Positions 39,462 to 49,264 are shown, counted from the first letter of the stretch. The stretch: DNA of 64,000 nt from Christensenellales bacterium (GCA_050945835.1 JBMNTR010000001.1:9384-73383); one strand, 5' to 3'. Numbers and translations are program-made. Notes: a model not told the origin generated them from the letters alone.

Positions 39462-40991
39462 TTATTTTCTATTCGTGGGTTTCCATCTGGAATAGCGGGT
39501 CTTGCGGGCGGACCGTTCCTCCGGCGTGCGGCTTAATATGCTTGCGGGATCGCTTTTTTTAGGGCGCAGCAAGGAGTCGTTCTTATGGAGGGTGGTGCGC
39601 CGTTTACGCCTTTTGCCGTTGAGACGTATGCGGCTGATGCATATGAATGCCGTCGCCGCGAGCAGGAGTGCACCCAGCACCAGCAGTATGATGACGATAG
39701 GCTTCGACCAGCCGGAAGCGGCGGGCTGCTCGTCCGGCGCCGTGGTGCTGCTGGTGGTCATGGTGGGCTGTGTGTCCTGCGCCTGCGCAACGCTTCTGGA
39801 AGCGCTCAGCTTTGCCTGTGCGACCTCCTCGCCGTTGTACTGCAAGGAAGCGGTCCCTACTTCGGCGCCCTCATGGATGGGTGCTGACGGTACGTCACCG
39901 TCATATGAAGGGACGATCTGCAGCAGCGAAGGATCCTGCTTGAGCGCGGCTAAGTCCTCTTTCCAGCCGCGCAACACGGTGTCTTCAGCGTCCTCAAAGG
40001 TGCAGTTTAATATCAGCCTGCCCTGTTCGTCGTCGTCTTGTGCTGCGTTTTTCACGCTCACTTCCACCTGCGGCGGCTGTTGCAATACATCGCTGAGCTT
40101 TTCGCTTCCGTAGTGTTCAAAGCCGAACTCGAACATCTCTATGGCATAGTCCCAGCGGTAGGTGCCGTCATAAGTAGCGTCGTTGAAAATACTTGCGATC
40201 AGGTTGACGCCGCTCTGTGTGCGTACGCCGGCCGACGGGTCTTCGGATGCGATGGCGACATAGGTGCTGCCTGCCAGCTGCGTGTTTCCTGTTTTGCCGC
40301 CGGTGCATTTGGAATAATATTCCTCCTTGCTCTGCAGCATCAGCCGGTCTGTGCGTACCCATGTGCCTCTGCCGGCATTGACATTCGTGTGGGCGGGCGT
40401 GTGTTCCACTTTGCTGAACAACACCGCAAAATGGCCGTTGCTCAGGGCTTCTCTTGTCAATATAGCCATGTCGTAGGCGGTGGTGTAGTGGTCGTCATCG
40501 TCGAACCCGTGCGGATTGACAAAATGTGAATCCGCCATGCCGATCTCTTGCGCGCGCGCGTTCATCATGTCTGCAAAGCCTTCAACGCTCCCGCCGATGT
40601 GTTCGGCGATGGCGATGGCCGCATCGTTGCCGCTCTTGAGCATAAGGCCGTACAGCAGATCGCGCAGCGTCATCTTCTCACCTGTAGCCAGCTGTATGTT
40701 GCTGGAATGGGGATCTACAAAGGGCAGCACGTTGGCACTGCAAGTCACGACATCGTTCAGTTCCCCGTTTTCCAATGCGACCAGGCAGGTCAGTATCTTG
40801 GTGGTGCTGGCGGGATAAACCCGCTTATGCGCGCCGTTTTGCGCCAAGACCTTTCCTGTGTCCAGATCCATCAGCACAACGCCCTCTTTGCCCATGGCTT
40901 CCCCTTCATAAGCAACCGCGGCGTGTGCAAAGACGGGCAGCATGGCCAGCATGAGCGCGATGATGAGGAGCAACGAAAACGCCTTTTTCAA
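39462..40991 (-). CDS. Serine-type D-Ala-D-Ala carboxypeptidase (PBP5/DacB-like) with a C-terminal TM anchor and a basic tail
   Basis: 509 aa. Signal peptide, SxxK (ASTTK), SxN (SGND), KTG (KTGNT), one TM segment, then a roughly 57-aa Arg/Lys-rich tail. Confidence 0.85.
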   Translation of the reverse strand: MKKAFSLLLIIALMLAMLPVFAHAAVAYEGEAMGKEGVVLMDLDTGKVLAQNGAHKRVYPASTTKILTCLVALENGELNDVVTCSANVLPFVDPHSSNIQLATGEKMTLRDLLYGLMLKSGNDAAIAIAEHIGGSVEGFADMMNARAQEIGMADSHFVNPHGFDDDDHYTTAYDMAILTREALSNGHFAVLFSKVEHTPAHTNVNAGRGTWVRTDRLMLQSKEEYYSKCTGGKTGNTQLAGSTYVAIASEDPSAGVRTQSGVNLIASIFNDATYDGTYRWDYAIEMFEFGFEHYGSEKLSDVLQQPPQVEVSVKNAAQDDDEQGRLILNCTFEDAEDTVLRGWKEDLAALKQDPSLLQIVPSYDGDVPSAPIHEGAEVGTASLQYNGEEVAQAKLSASRSVAQAQDTQPTMTTSSTTAPDEQPAASGWSKPIVIILLVLGALLLAATAFICISRIRLNGKRRKRRTTLHKNDSLLRPKKSDPASILSRTPEERSARKTRYSRWKPTNRK

Positions 40992-41154
40992 AACCGATTC
41001 CCTCTTTTCCGATAGGTGAGCGTTTCACCAGAATTTCACATATATAGGTGCCATTATATCAAAAAAGGCAGGCGTGTGAAAGTATAAAAGGGATATTTAC
41101 AATAAAATAACATATTTCACGGGGTACGGCCCATATCGAATATTGAAAAACCGG

Positions 41155-41183
41155 ATGTCAAACCCGTGCAATTGTGGTATAAT
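41155..41183 (+). promoter_or_regulatory. Candidate promoter of the two-component operon (extended -10)
   Basis: TGGTATAAT (the -10 hexamer is 41178-41183), with ATGTCA 17 nt upstream. Confidence 0.45.
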
Positions 41184-41298
41184 AACCGAAAAGCCGCTGT
41201 GAAAGCCGCTACGGTATCACAACAGATAATTTGTCCGTATATTTAAAGAAAACCATCGATTCGTTTCACATAAAATTTCACAAGAAAGGGTAGTAGTT

Positions 41299-41991
41299 AT
41301 GAATGAAAGAATTTTAATTGTTGACGACGAACCCTTGATCATAAAAGGGCTTAAATACAGCTTGGAGCAGGACGGCTACTCCGTGTTCGGTGCGGCCGAC
41401 GGCGAGGAAGCGCTGGAAAAGCTTCGCACCAGCAGTTATGACATCGTACTTCTGGATGTCATGCTGCCTAAGATGAGCGGGATCGAAGTTTGCCAGACGA
41501 TACGCGAAACCTCGGATATACCCATCATCATGCTCACAGCAAAGGGCGAGGACATGGATAAGATACTCGGCCTTGAATATGGCGCGGACGATTACATGAC
41601 CAAGCCGTTCAATATACTGGAAGTGAAGGCGCGCATCAAAACGATTCTGCGCCGGGCGGGTGCGTCCAGTGCGGAGGCGGCTAAAAAGCAGGTGGTTGAA
41701 GCCGGCAAGATGAAAGTCAATCTTTCGGCGCGCAGCGTGGAGGTGGACGGCCGCGAGGTGGTGCTCACCGCCAAGGAATTCGACCTTTTAAAAATATTCA
41801 TCACCAACCCGGGCAAGGTGTTCAGCCGCGAAAATCTATTGGAAACGGTCTGGAAATATGATTACCTGGGAGAGGTGCGCACGGTGGACGTGCATATCCG
41901 CCGGCTGCGCGAAAAAATTGAAACGGATACGGCAAGGCCGGAGTATATACTGACCAAATGGGGAGTTGGCTATTACTTTGCGGATAAGTAG
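41299..41991 (+). CDS. OmpR/PhoB-family response regulator (WalR/VicR-like by context)
   Basis: 230 aa. REC (ILIVDDEP…DIVLLDVMLPKMSG…TAKG) plus a winged-helix domain (…RTVDVHIRRLREKIE…). Confidence 0.9.
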   Translation: MNERILIVDDEPLIIKGLKYSLEQDGYSVFGAADGEEALEKLRTSSYDIVLLDVMLPKMSGIEVCQTIRETSDIPIIMLTAKGEDMDKILGLEYGADDYMTKPFNILEVKARIKTILRRAGASSAEAAKKQVVEAGKMKVNLSARSVEVDGREVVLTAKEFDLLKIFITNPGKVFSRENLLETVWKYDYLGEVRTVDVHIRRLREKIETDTARPEYILTKWGVGYYFADK

Positions 41992-43432
41992 GTTCTTTTA
42001 TTCCATCCGGACACGCATCGTGCTCTTATACCTAGTGCTGCTGCTGTGCACATTCGGTATTGTGAGCCTTTTTGTGTCTCACATCATCGGGTCGTATCTG
42101 GTGACGCAGCAGGTGGACGAGCAGAGCAGGCTGAATGAAAAAGTGGCGGTGGAAATCGCTGCTTATCTGTCTAATGCGGACGCGAACGAGATCTATGGCG
42201 TATGCGCCCAGCGCGGCCAGGAATACGGCGGCCGCTTTTTGGTGCTGGACACCAACGGCGTGGTGCAGGTGGAAAGCTTTTGCAGGATCAACGGATACCA
42301 GCTTCGCATGCGGGAGGTGGAGGAAGTGCTGCGCGGCGAGCGCTTTGCCTCCTACGGCATCCACAAGGTGGGGGAGGATGAGTTTTTAGAAGACGACCAA
42401 GAATGGGCGGTTTACTATACCTCCGCCATCACGTCCGGCTCCAAACTGATCGGTGTGATGATGTTTTCCGCTTCGCTGCAGGATGTGGTAGGGCGTATGC
42501 AAACCCTGGAGGGCCGCATTTTTCTGCTGTATATGGGCGCCATCGTGGTGGCGGTGCTGTGCGGTCTGATCTTCTCGCGCTATATCACAAAGCCCATACA
42601 GTCGCTGACGAAAGCATCCGTCGCCATTGCGGACGGTCACTTCGATCAGCGTATCAAGGTAAAAGGCGAATCCGAGATATCCAAGCTCGCCAACTCCTTC
42701 AATATCATGTGTGAAAAATTAGAGAATCTTGAAATGCTGCGCAATGAGTTCGTGTCCAATGCGTCGCATGAATTAAAGACGCCGCTCAGTTCCATCAAGG
42801 TGCTGGTCGAGTCTTTGCTGTATCAGGACGCCCCCAAGCAGCTGCGGGAGGAATTCTTGCAGGATATCAACTCCGAGATCGATCGCTTGAGCGTGGTGGT
42901 CAGCGATCTGCTGCTGCTGGTGCATATCAACCAACAGGATATCAAGCCGCACATCCAGTCGGAATCGGTGGCGGAAATCCTTCAAAAAGTGCTGAAGATA
43001 CTCAGGCCGCTGGCCGCAAAACGGAATATCACCATCGAGTTTAATCCGGACGAAGAAGCGGTGGTGGAATGTGATGCGCTCAAATTGCAGCAGGCGCTGT
43101 TTAATCTGATAGACAATGCCGTGAAATATTCCCACGACGGCGGTTTTGTGCGGATCAGGATGGGTATGGAGACAGACGCCGTGCGCATCACCATACTGGA
43201 CAACGGCCAGGGCATCCCCGAAAAAGATCTGCCGCATATATTCGACCGCTTCTACCGTGTGGACAAGGCGCGCCCCCGCAACACGGGGGGCACGGGGCTG
43301 GGTCTTTCCATCGTGCAGCAGATCGTGCATATGCACGACGGGCGCATCGAGGTGATGAGCACCGAAGAGAAGGGCACGGCGTTCATCGTTTGGATCCCGA
43401 AGGTGCATAAGGAGGTGGATACGGATGCGTAG
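41966..43432 (+). CDS. Sensor histidine kinase (TM, roughly 150-aa extracytoplasmic domain, TM, HAMP, HisKA, HATPase); start codon uncertain
   Basis: 488 aa from TTG 41966, which overlaps the regulator gene. H-box SNASHELKTPL. N and G boxes (DNAVKY; DNGQGIP; GGTGLGLSIV). No cytoplasmic PAS domain is visible. GTG 42020 is an alternative start. Confidence 0.85.
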   Translation: MAITLRISRFFYSIRTRIVLLYLVLLLCTFGIVSLFVSHIIGSYLVTQQVDEQSRLNEKVAVEIAAYLSNADANEIYGVCAQRGQEYGGRFLVLDTNGVVQVESFCRINGYQLRMREVEEVLRGERFASYGIHKVGEDEFLEDDQEWAVYYTSAITSGSKLIGVMMFSASLQDVVGRMQTLEGRIFLLYMGAIVVAVLCGLIFSRYITKPIQSLTKASVAIADGHFDQRIKVKGESEISKLANSFNIMCEKLENLEMLRNEFVSNASHELKTPLSSIKVLVESLLYQDAPKQLREEFLQDINSEIDRLSVVVSDLLLLVHINQQDIKPHIQSESVAEILQKVLKILRPLAAKRNITIEFNPDEEAVVECDALKLQQALFNLIDNAVKYSHDGGFVRIRMGMETDAVRITILDNGQGIPEKDLPHIFDRFYRVDKARPRNTGGTGLGLSIVQQIVHMHDGRIEVMSTEEKGTAFIVWIPKVHKEVDTDA

Positions 43433-44405
43433 CGGCAAAAGACGGCTTTGGCTGCTCCTTGTGCTGGGTCTGCTGCTGAACAGCGGATGTACGGTTTATT
43501 TGATAGAGGAACCCGCTAATATCGATATCCCGCCCATGATACAGAATGTGCAGACCGACGAGATACTCACCACGCTCTATTTCCCCTACAACGACGAGAA
43601 TGTGATGCTCCGGCTGCTGGCCAGCGACACGCGCAAAATTAAAATAGCGCCGAATGAGCGCCTGGATATGGCGGTGTTGAAGGATCTGATCAAGGGGCCG
43701 TCCGCCGACAAGGATCATCTCATCCCCTGCATCAACGCTTCCACGCAGGTCGTTTCACTGGAAGTACGGGGCGATATACTCTATGTGACATTAAGCCGGG
43801 AATTCTTAGAGCCTATGAGCGATTTTCCCGCCGACTGGGAGACGGATGCGCTCTGGCGCGAACTCAAGGACGCCCGGCAGGAGATGGCGACCTATGCCGT
43901 CGTGAACACGCTGCTGCAGCTTGGGCAAGGATATAGCAGCGTGCAGTTTCTCATCGACCGGCTGGGCAGCGGCGTGGGCGAAAGACCGACGCGCGGCGAG
44001 CTGGGATTCGTGGGCGACGCCAACCAGATACAGCTTGCAGAGCCCATGGCGCGGTTTGACGATGTGACGCTGACGCCTGAAAAAACCACGCAGCTCGTGT
44101 TCAACTACATGGTCAACGGCAGCTGGGTGGAGACATATGAATTCGTGGCACAGGGCAGCGGGAAGCCGTCTTATGACGAAGCTGTGCAGCAGCACTCGAT
44201 CGAGTCCTACGCCATGGAGCGTTTTGAGATACTGGATCAAACGAGTTCCCTGGATGGCAACAGTGTGACGGTTTTTGTTTCCTACCGGATGCGCACACAT
44301 CAGGGGAGCGTGGTTGAAAAGACCAACAAGCCCATCCGGCTTGTGCAGGAGAATGAGCTCTGGAAATTCACCTACGACTCGTTTAAGAGCCTTTTTACCA
44401 AATAG
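43425..44405 (+). CDS. GerMN-domain lipoprotein
   Basis: 326 aa. The ATG overlaps the kinase stop by 8 nt. Signal peptide with Cys (LLLNSGC). GerMN-like segment (…MAVLKDLIKGPS…). Confidence 0.7.
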   Translation: MRSGKRRLWLLLVLGLLLNSGCTVYLIEEPANIDIPPMIQNVQTDEILTTLYFPYNDENVMLRLLASDTRKIKIAPNERLDMAVLKDLIKGPSADKDHLIPCINASTQVVSLEVRGDILYVTLSREFLEPMSDFPADWETDALWRELKDARQEMATYAVVNTLLQLGQGYSSVQFLIDRLGSGVGERPTRGELGFVGDANQIQLAEPMARFDDVTLTPEKTTQLVFNYMVNGSWVETYEFVAQGSGKPSYDEAVQQHSIESYAMERFEILDQTSSLDGNSVTVFVSYRMRTHQGSVVEKTNKPIRLVQENELWKFTYDSFKSLFTK

Positions 44406-44418
44406 GACGGAGAAGAAG

Positions 44419-45951
44419 ATGAAACGAAGCGCAAAAATACTATGCGCGGCGCTTGCGCTGCTCATGCTGACGGCCGTTGGATGCAGCGATGCCGACATTG
44501 CGCCGCAGCAGAGCGAAGCGGTGCATACGCCTGATGCGCAGGAAAAGCCTTCCATCGGCACGGAGAGCATACAAACGGCGAGCATACCCTTGTATTTTTT
44601 AAGCACACAGCAGGAAAAGCTGGTGTCGCAGATGCGCGATGTGACGGCGCAAAACAACATAACCCTGCTCGAAGCGGCGCTGTGGGAGCTGATCGCAGGC
44701 CCCTTGGGGGACAACAGCCTCAGAGTTTTCCCGACAGGCAGCGAGATTTTGTCTGTGGAAGTATCGAAAAACGTGGTCAATGTAGATTTAAACGACAGAT
44801 ACAGGATGATGGATAAACGGCAGCAGGCCTATGCCCGCGCGGCGGTGGCCTGCACGGTCTATGAGATTACGGAGATTGAGAATGTCAACCTCTTCTGTGA
44901 AGGCATGGAGGTCGGTTACGAGGATAAACCGATCGGGCATATCAACTACCGCAAATATGCGGACGATTTAAACGGGCTTATCCTCTTTTTAGAGGACACC
45001 TATCAGACCTATTACGAAACCCAGAAGGAAAAGGCTGTGGAGCATAATGTCGCGTTGTATTTCGCGGATAAGCGCGGACAATACCTGCTGCCTGAAACGA
45101 GGACGTTCTCCGTGTCTACGGCCAGGCCGGCAACGGAGATCATACAGGAGTTGATCGCGGGGCCGAATGACATAGCCAATCTTTCGGGCGTGATGCCGCA
45201 GGGCACCGAGCTGCTTGAAGAGCCGCAGATCACCATCGATTCCTACGGCATGACCACGGTGGAGCTGAACTTCTCCAAGATGCCGGAGCTGATCGGCAGC
45301 ACAAACGACCTGTCCCGCTCCAGCGCGCTGTACTATGCGTCCATCGTATACACACTCAGCGGCTATATCCCCAATGTGGATGCTGTCATCTTCCGGCAAA
45401 ACGGCCTGCTCGTCACATCCATCGAAGGGTTAGGGTCTTATTCCCACGGCAGGATGCAGCGCGGCGATTTTTCGGATTATATCGGCAGCCAGATGACATT
45501 GTATTTTTCAAGCCAGACGCAGGAAGCGTTTGTGCCGGTCAGCCGCTCCGTTGGCCAGCAGGCGCTCAAGGAACCCATCGAGTGCATCTATGAGCTGCTC
45601 AGGGGCCCGCAGCAAACGGAGGGCGGCGACGAGGCGTTTACCGTATTCCCCGCCGGCATCGTGAAGGAAGACATAAGAAAAGTGGTGCTGCAAAACGACA
45701 GCGCGTTCATCGATGTGTCCGGCCATTTCGCCGCCGTGTGCGGCAGCATGGAGCAGCGCGCGGAATGGATATTGATCTATGCCATCGTGAACACCATCAC
45801 GGAGACACAGCGCGTAAAGAGCGTACAATTTCTTGTAGACGGGCATATCGTGCAGAATTTCGGCGTGTATGCGCAAACGATATCGCGCGAGCACGTATCG
45901 CTCCACGGGCCGCTGATGCGCAACAGCGGGTTCAGCGCGGTCAACGGATAG
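44419..45951 (+). CDS. Lipoprotein with tandem GerMN domains
   Basis: The ATG at 44419 gives MKRSAKILCAALALLMLTAVGCSD. There are repeated GerMN-like blocks (LLEAALWELIAGP…; IIQELIAGPN…; IYELLRGPQ…). Confidence 0.7.
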   Translation: MKRSAKILCAALALLMLTAVGCSDADIAPQQSEAVHTPDAQEKPSIGTESIQTASIPLYFLSTQQEKLVSQMRDVTAQNNITLLEAALWELIAGPLGDNSLRVFPTGSEILSVEVSKNVVNVDLNDRYRMMDKRQQAYARAAVACTVYEITEIENVNLFCEGMEVGYEDKPIGHINYRKYADDLNGLILFLEDTYQTYYETQKEKAVEHNVALYFADKRGQYLLPETRTFSVSTARPATEIIQELIAGPNDIANLSGVMPQGTELLEEPQITIDSYGMTTVELNFSKMPELIGSTNDLSRSSALYYASIVYTLSGYIPNVDAVIFRQNGLLVTSIEGLGSYSHGRMQRGDFSDYIGSQMTLYFSSQTQEAFVPVSRSVGQQALKEPIECIYELLRGPQQTEGGDEAFTVFPAGIVKEDIRKVVLQNDSAFIDVSGHFAAVCGSMEQRAEWILIYAIVNTITETQRVKSVQFLVDGHIVQNFGVYAQTISREHVSLHGPLMRNSGFSAVNG

Positions 45952-46014
45952 GCATAAATGATGGGGCGTGCAGGGCATGACCCATATTTATAATGTTTGA
46001 AAGGGGAGTGTGGA

Positions 46015-46752
46015 ATGAAGCTAACAGTATTGGGAAAGTATGGTCCATTTGCACCTGCAAACGGGGCGAGCTCGGGATATCTCGTCAGCCATAAGGGGAC
46101 GGATATCTTGCTGGACTGCGGCAGCGGCGTGTTGTCGCGGCTGCAAAACTACTGCCCGCTTGAGCAATTGTGCGCGGTGGCCATATCGCACTTTCACAGC
46201 GACCATGTTGCGGATCTGGCATTGCTCAGATATGCGATCGCCGCCATCAAGGCGCACGGCGGATGGGACAGACAGCCCTTGTGGGTGTTCGCGCCGTTTT
46301 TGCCGGACGAGGAGTTTGCCGCGCTGCAGCAGGATGAAAATCTGCGCGTGATCAGCATGTATGACGGCGCCATGGGCAAGCTGCCCTTCGTGACGCTCAA
46401 ATTCCATGAGATGACACATCCAATCCAGAGCTTCGCCATTGAAGCGCGCGCCGACGATGGCAAAGTGCTGTTCTATACCGGCGACACCAACATGAACGGC
46501 CGATTAGCCGCGCGGTGCAAGGATGCGGATGTGCTGCTGTGTGACGCGGGCTTGCTGCAAGCGGACAGAGGAGAAACGCCGCCGCACCTCACGGCGCTGG
46601 AAGCGGGCATGATCGCGAAGGATGCCTGTGTGAAGAAGCTGCTGCTCACCCACATCTACCCGCGTTATGATGAAAAGGCCGTGTTGAAGGAAGCGCAAAG
46701 CTATTGCGATGGCGCACAGGTTGCCCGGGAGCTAGAAGAAATCAGGATATGA
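46015..46752 (+). CDS. MBL-fold metallo-hydrolase
   Basis: ATG at 46015 lies 5 nt after AAAGGGGAG. HxHxDH motif (SHFHSDH). Confidence 0.8.
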   Translation: MKLTVLGKYGPFAPANGASSGYLVSHKGTDILLDCGSGVLSRLQNYCPLEQLCAVAISHFHSDHVADLALLRYAIAAIKAHGGWDRQPLWVFAPFLPDEEFAALQQDENLRVISMYDGAMGKLPFVTLKFHEMTHPIQSFAIEARADDGKVLFYTGDTNMNGRLAARCKDADVLLCDAGLLQADRGETPPHLTALEAGMIAKDACVKKLLLTHIYPRYDEKAVLKEAQSYCDGAQVARELEEIRI

Positions 46753-48260
46753 AGGGTCTGCGCCCTTTTTTAAACCCGAGGCCGCTCTGTTTAAGCGCCC
46801 TTCTATACGCGACGGGCATACTGCTCTCAAGGGCTCTGGGCGATGAGACGACGCTTTTGCTGCTGGCCGGCGCGCTTTTATGCCTATGCGCGGCGGCGGC
46901 GGTGTGTAGATATTTTGCAGTGCTGCCGTATATATTGCTGCTTTTGCTCGCCTTTTGTGTGGGATATACGGCGCTTGCGCCGCGCTATGTGCGCATGCCT
47001 GTAACGCCTGTACGCCTGACGGGGCGTGTGTGCAGCGAGGTGCAGGCGCACCCGCGCGGGGTGGCGGCCGTACTGGATGATGCGTATATCGCGGATGCGC
47101 AGGATCAAAGGATTGCGCTGGGCCGCGTGGCGCTTACGCTGTATGGCGAGTCAACACTGCGCTACGGCGATGTGATCGATGTGCCCGCAGCGCGCGTGGC
47201 TTTGCCCCAAAGCGCGCAGACGGGCTCCACCTACGACGAACGGCTGCATCTGCTCATAGACGGCATACGCTATAAAGCGGCGGCGAATGCCTGCGAGATC
47301 ACCGGCCAAAGGCGGGACTTTTACGGCGCGCTGCTGGATGCAAAGGCGCATATCGTGCGCGTGATCGATACAAGCTTTGAATATCCAAACATCATACGCG
47401 GGATCCTGCTGGGCGGCAGCCTAGATATGGAAGCGGAGCAGATCGGCGCTTTTAAAGACACAGGGCTCTATCATCTTTTCTCGGTGTCGGGGCTGCATGT
47501 CGCCATCATAACGGGCCTGCTGGCCTTCGTGTTCAAAAAGGTGAAAAAGGAGCGGGCCGCGCTCTTCTTCATCGCGCCGTTTTTACTGCTGTATTGCGCG
47601 CTGGCCGATTTTTCACCCCCCATCATACGGGCGTCGCTGATGTCGCTCTATTACCTGATTGCAAAACGGAGCGGGCAGGCGTATGATCTATTGAACGCGG
47701 TGGCCTTTTCCGTCATGGTCATGCTGCTCGTCAATCCGTTGTACGTGTTCGATGTGGGGTTTCAGCTGTCGTACGCCTCGGTGCTGGGTATCGCTTTGTT
47801 GATGCAGGTCTTCTTAAAGCCCTTCAAAAAGAAGGATTTGTTTCTGGATTCGGCCGCCGTGTCGCTGTCGGCGCAGGCGGGCAACCTGATGGTCAGCGCC
47901 TATTACTTCAACAGGATTCCCATCGCGGGGATCCTAGTGAACGTGCTGCTGGTGCCGTTGTTCAGCGTGGTGCTGATCGCGGCATTCTGCGCGGTGATAC
48001 TGGGGCTCGTCATAGCGCCGCTGGGGCATATGGCGGCATTGCTGCCAGACGCGATGCTCTTGGGCATACTATGGCTGATCGAGGCGGTGGCGTCTGTTTC
48101 CTGGCTGAACATAACGACCACACCGCCGCCGGTTTTATCCATCGTCCTTTGGTTTTGTGCGATGGTCGCGGCTTCGAAATATTTTATGGCGCGTGCGGCG
48201 CTCAAAACAGCGCTCACCGCTGCGCTGGCCCTCGCGGCGCTGGCTTTGTGGATGCTATAG
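46749..48260 (+). CDS. comEC: ComEC/Rec2-family DNA internalisation channel protein lacking the C-terminal MBL domain
   Basis: The ATG at 46749 overlaps the MBL gene stop (ATGA). About 503 aa. Competence-domain sequence DTGLYHLFSVSGLHVAIITGLL. The protein ends right after the last TM segments. Confidence 0.8.
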   Translation: MKGLRPFLNPRPLCLSALLYATGILLSRALGDETTLLLLAGALLCLCAAAAVCRYFAVLPYILLLLLAFCVGYTALAPRYVRMPVTPVRLTGRVCSEVQAHPRGVAAVLDDAYIADAQDQRIALGRVALTLYGESTLRYGDVIDVPAARVALPQSAQTGSTYDERLHLLIDGIRYKAAANACEITGQRRDFYGALLDAKAHIVRVIDTSFEYPNIIRGILLGGSLDMEAEQIGAFKDTGLYHLFSVSGLHVAIITGLLAFVFKKVKKERAALFFIAPFLLLYCALADFSPPIIRASLMSLYYLIAKRSGQAYDLLNAVAFSVMVMLLVNPLYVFDVGFQLSYASVLGIALLMQVFLKPFKKKDLFLDSAAVSLSAQAGNLMVSAYYFNRIPIAGILVNVLLVPLFSVVLIAAFCAVILGLVIAPLGHMAALLPDAMLLGILWLIEAVASVSWLNITTTPPPVLSIVLWFCAMVAASKYFMARAALKTALTAALALAALALWML

Positions 48261-48274
48261 AAATTAGGAGAAAC

Positions 48275-49264
48275 ATGGATTATCAGGCATTTTTAAAGAG
48301 AATTGAGCATTCCCCCCAGGGCATATATCTGTTTTACGGGGAGGATGCGTTTTTAGCACAACAGGCACTGACGGCCGTTCGAAGCAAGTTAGATCCGGCG
48401 CTTGCGGATATGAACGAGGACGTGCTGCACACGCCCGATGTGCATCAGCTCATCGCCGCCTGCGAGACGCTGCCCGCTTTCGACGCGTTTCGGCTGGTGG
48501 TGGCGCGTGACACGCGTTTTTTATCCTTAAGCGCCGAGGACGCGCAGCTTAGGGAGCTTTGCGCTTATTTGGCCCGAGTGCCCGAACACCTTTGCCTGAT
48601 CCTTTTAGAACCGGGCAAGCCGGATGCGCGCAAAGCAGGCTATAAGGCGCTGACAAAAGTGCTTGAGCCTGTGGCGTTTTCGACCATGCATGAAGCCGGC
48701 GCCGCGCAGTTTGTGGTGGAGTGTGTGAAGAAGGCGGGCTGCGAGATCTCGTTTTCCGATGCGCGTGTGCTGGTGGAGGCCGTCGGTTGTGAGACGGGCA
48801 GGCTCTATCAGGAATGCGCCAAGCTGTGCGCCGGCAGCGGCGAAAGGATCGACGCGGGGCTCATAGAGCGCATGGTGAGCAAAAGCATAGAGAGCAATAT
48901 GTTTCGCATGTTGGACGCGTTTGAAAGCGGGCGGCTGGACGATGCGTTCGAACGGCTGCACGCCCTGCGCATGCAGAACGAGCCGGCGCTCTTGCTGCTG
49001 GGCGCTCTTGCCTCCCGCTTCCGGCTGGTGCTGCAGGCGGCGGAGCTGGCGGCGGCGAAAAGAGGCTTTGCCTCGATGGGAACAGGCTACGCTGCGAAAA
49101 AAGCCATACAGGCACAGAAGAGATACAGCGTGGCAAGGCTTCGCAGCATACTGCGCATCTTGCTAAATGCGGATGTCGATATCAAATCGGGTCGGCGGCG
49201 TGATTTTGACGCGATCTACGATGCTGTGATGGAAATCTATTGTGACGGAGGGAAAAAGAATTGA
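48275..49264 (+). CDS. holA: DNA polymerase III subunit delta
   Basis: The ATG at 48275 follows AGGAG. MDYQAFLKRIEHSPQGIYLFYGEDAFL is HolA-like. The comEC-holA synteny matches Bacillus. Confidence 0.8.
   Translation: MDYQAFLKRIEHSPQGIYLFYGEDAFLAQQALTAVRSKLDPALADMNEDVLHTPDVHQLIAACETLPAFDAFRLVVARDTRFLSLSAEDAQLRELCAYLARVPEHLCLILLEPGKPDARKAGYKALTKVLEPVAFSTMHEAGAAQFVVECVKKAGCEISFSDARVLVEAVGCETGRLYQECAKLCAGSGERIDAGLIERMVSKSIESNMFRMLDAFESGRLDDAFERLHALRMQNEPALLLLGALASRFRLVLQAAELAAAKRGFASMGTGYAAKKAIQAQKRYSVARLRSILRILLNADVDIKSGRRRDFDAIYDAVMEIYCDGGKKN

Noticed and set aside
41264-41282. Direct repeat TTTCACA-N5-TTTCACA just upstream of the response regulator start, as a possible WalR box (TGTWAH-N5-TGTWAH on the other strand)
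   Set aside because: The hexamers read TGTGAA (G at the W position) and the spacing is 6 rather than 5. The repeat lies in the presumed 5'-UTR next to the RBS. This is too weak to call.
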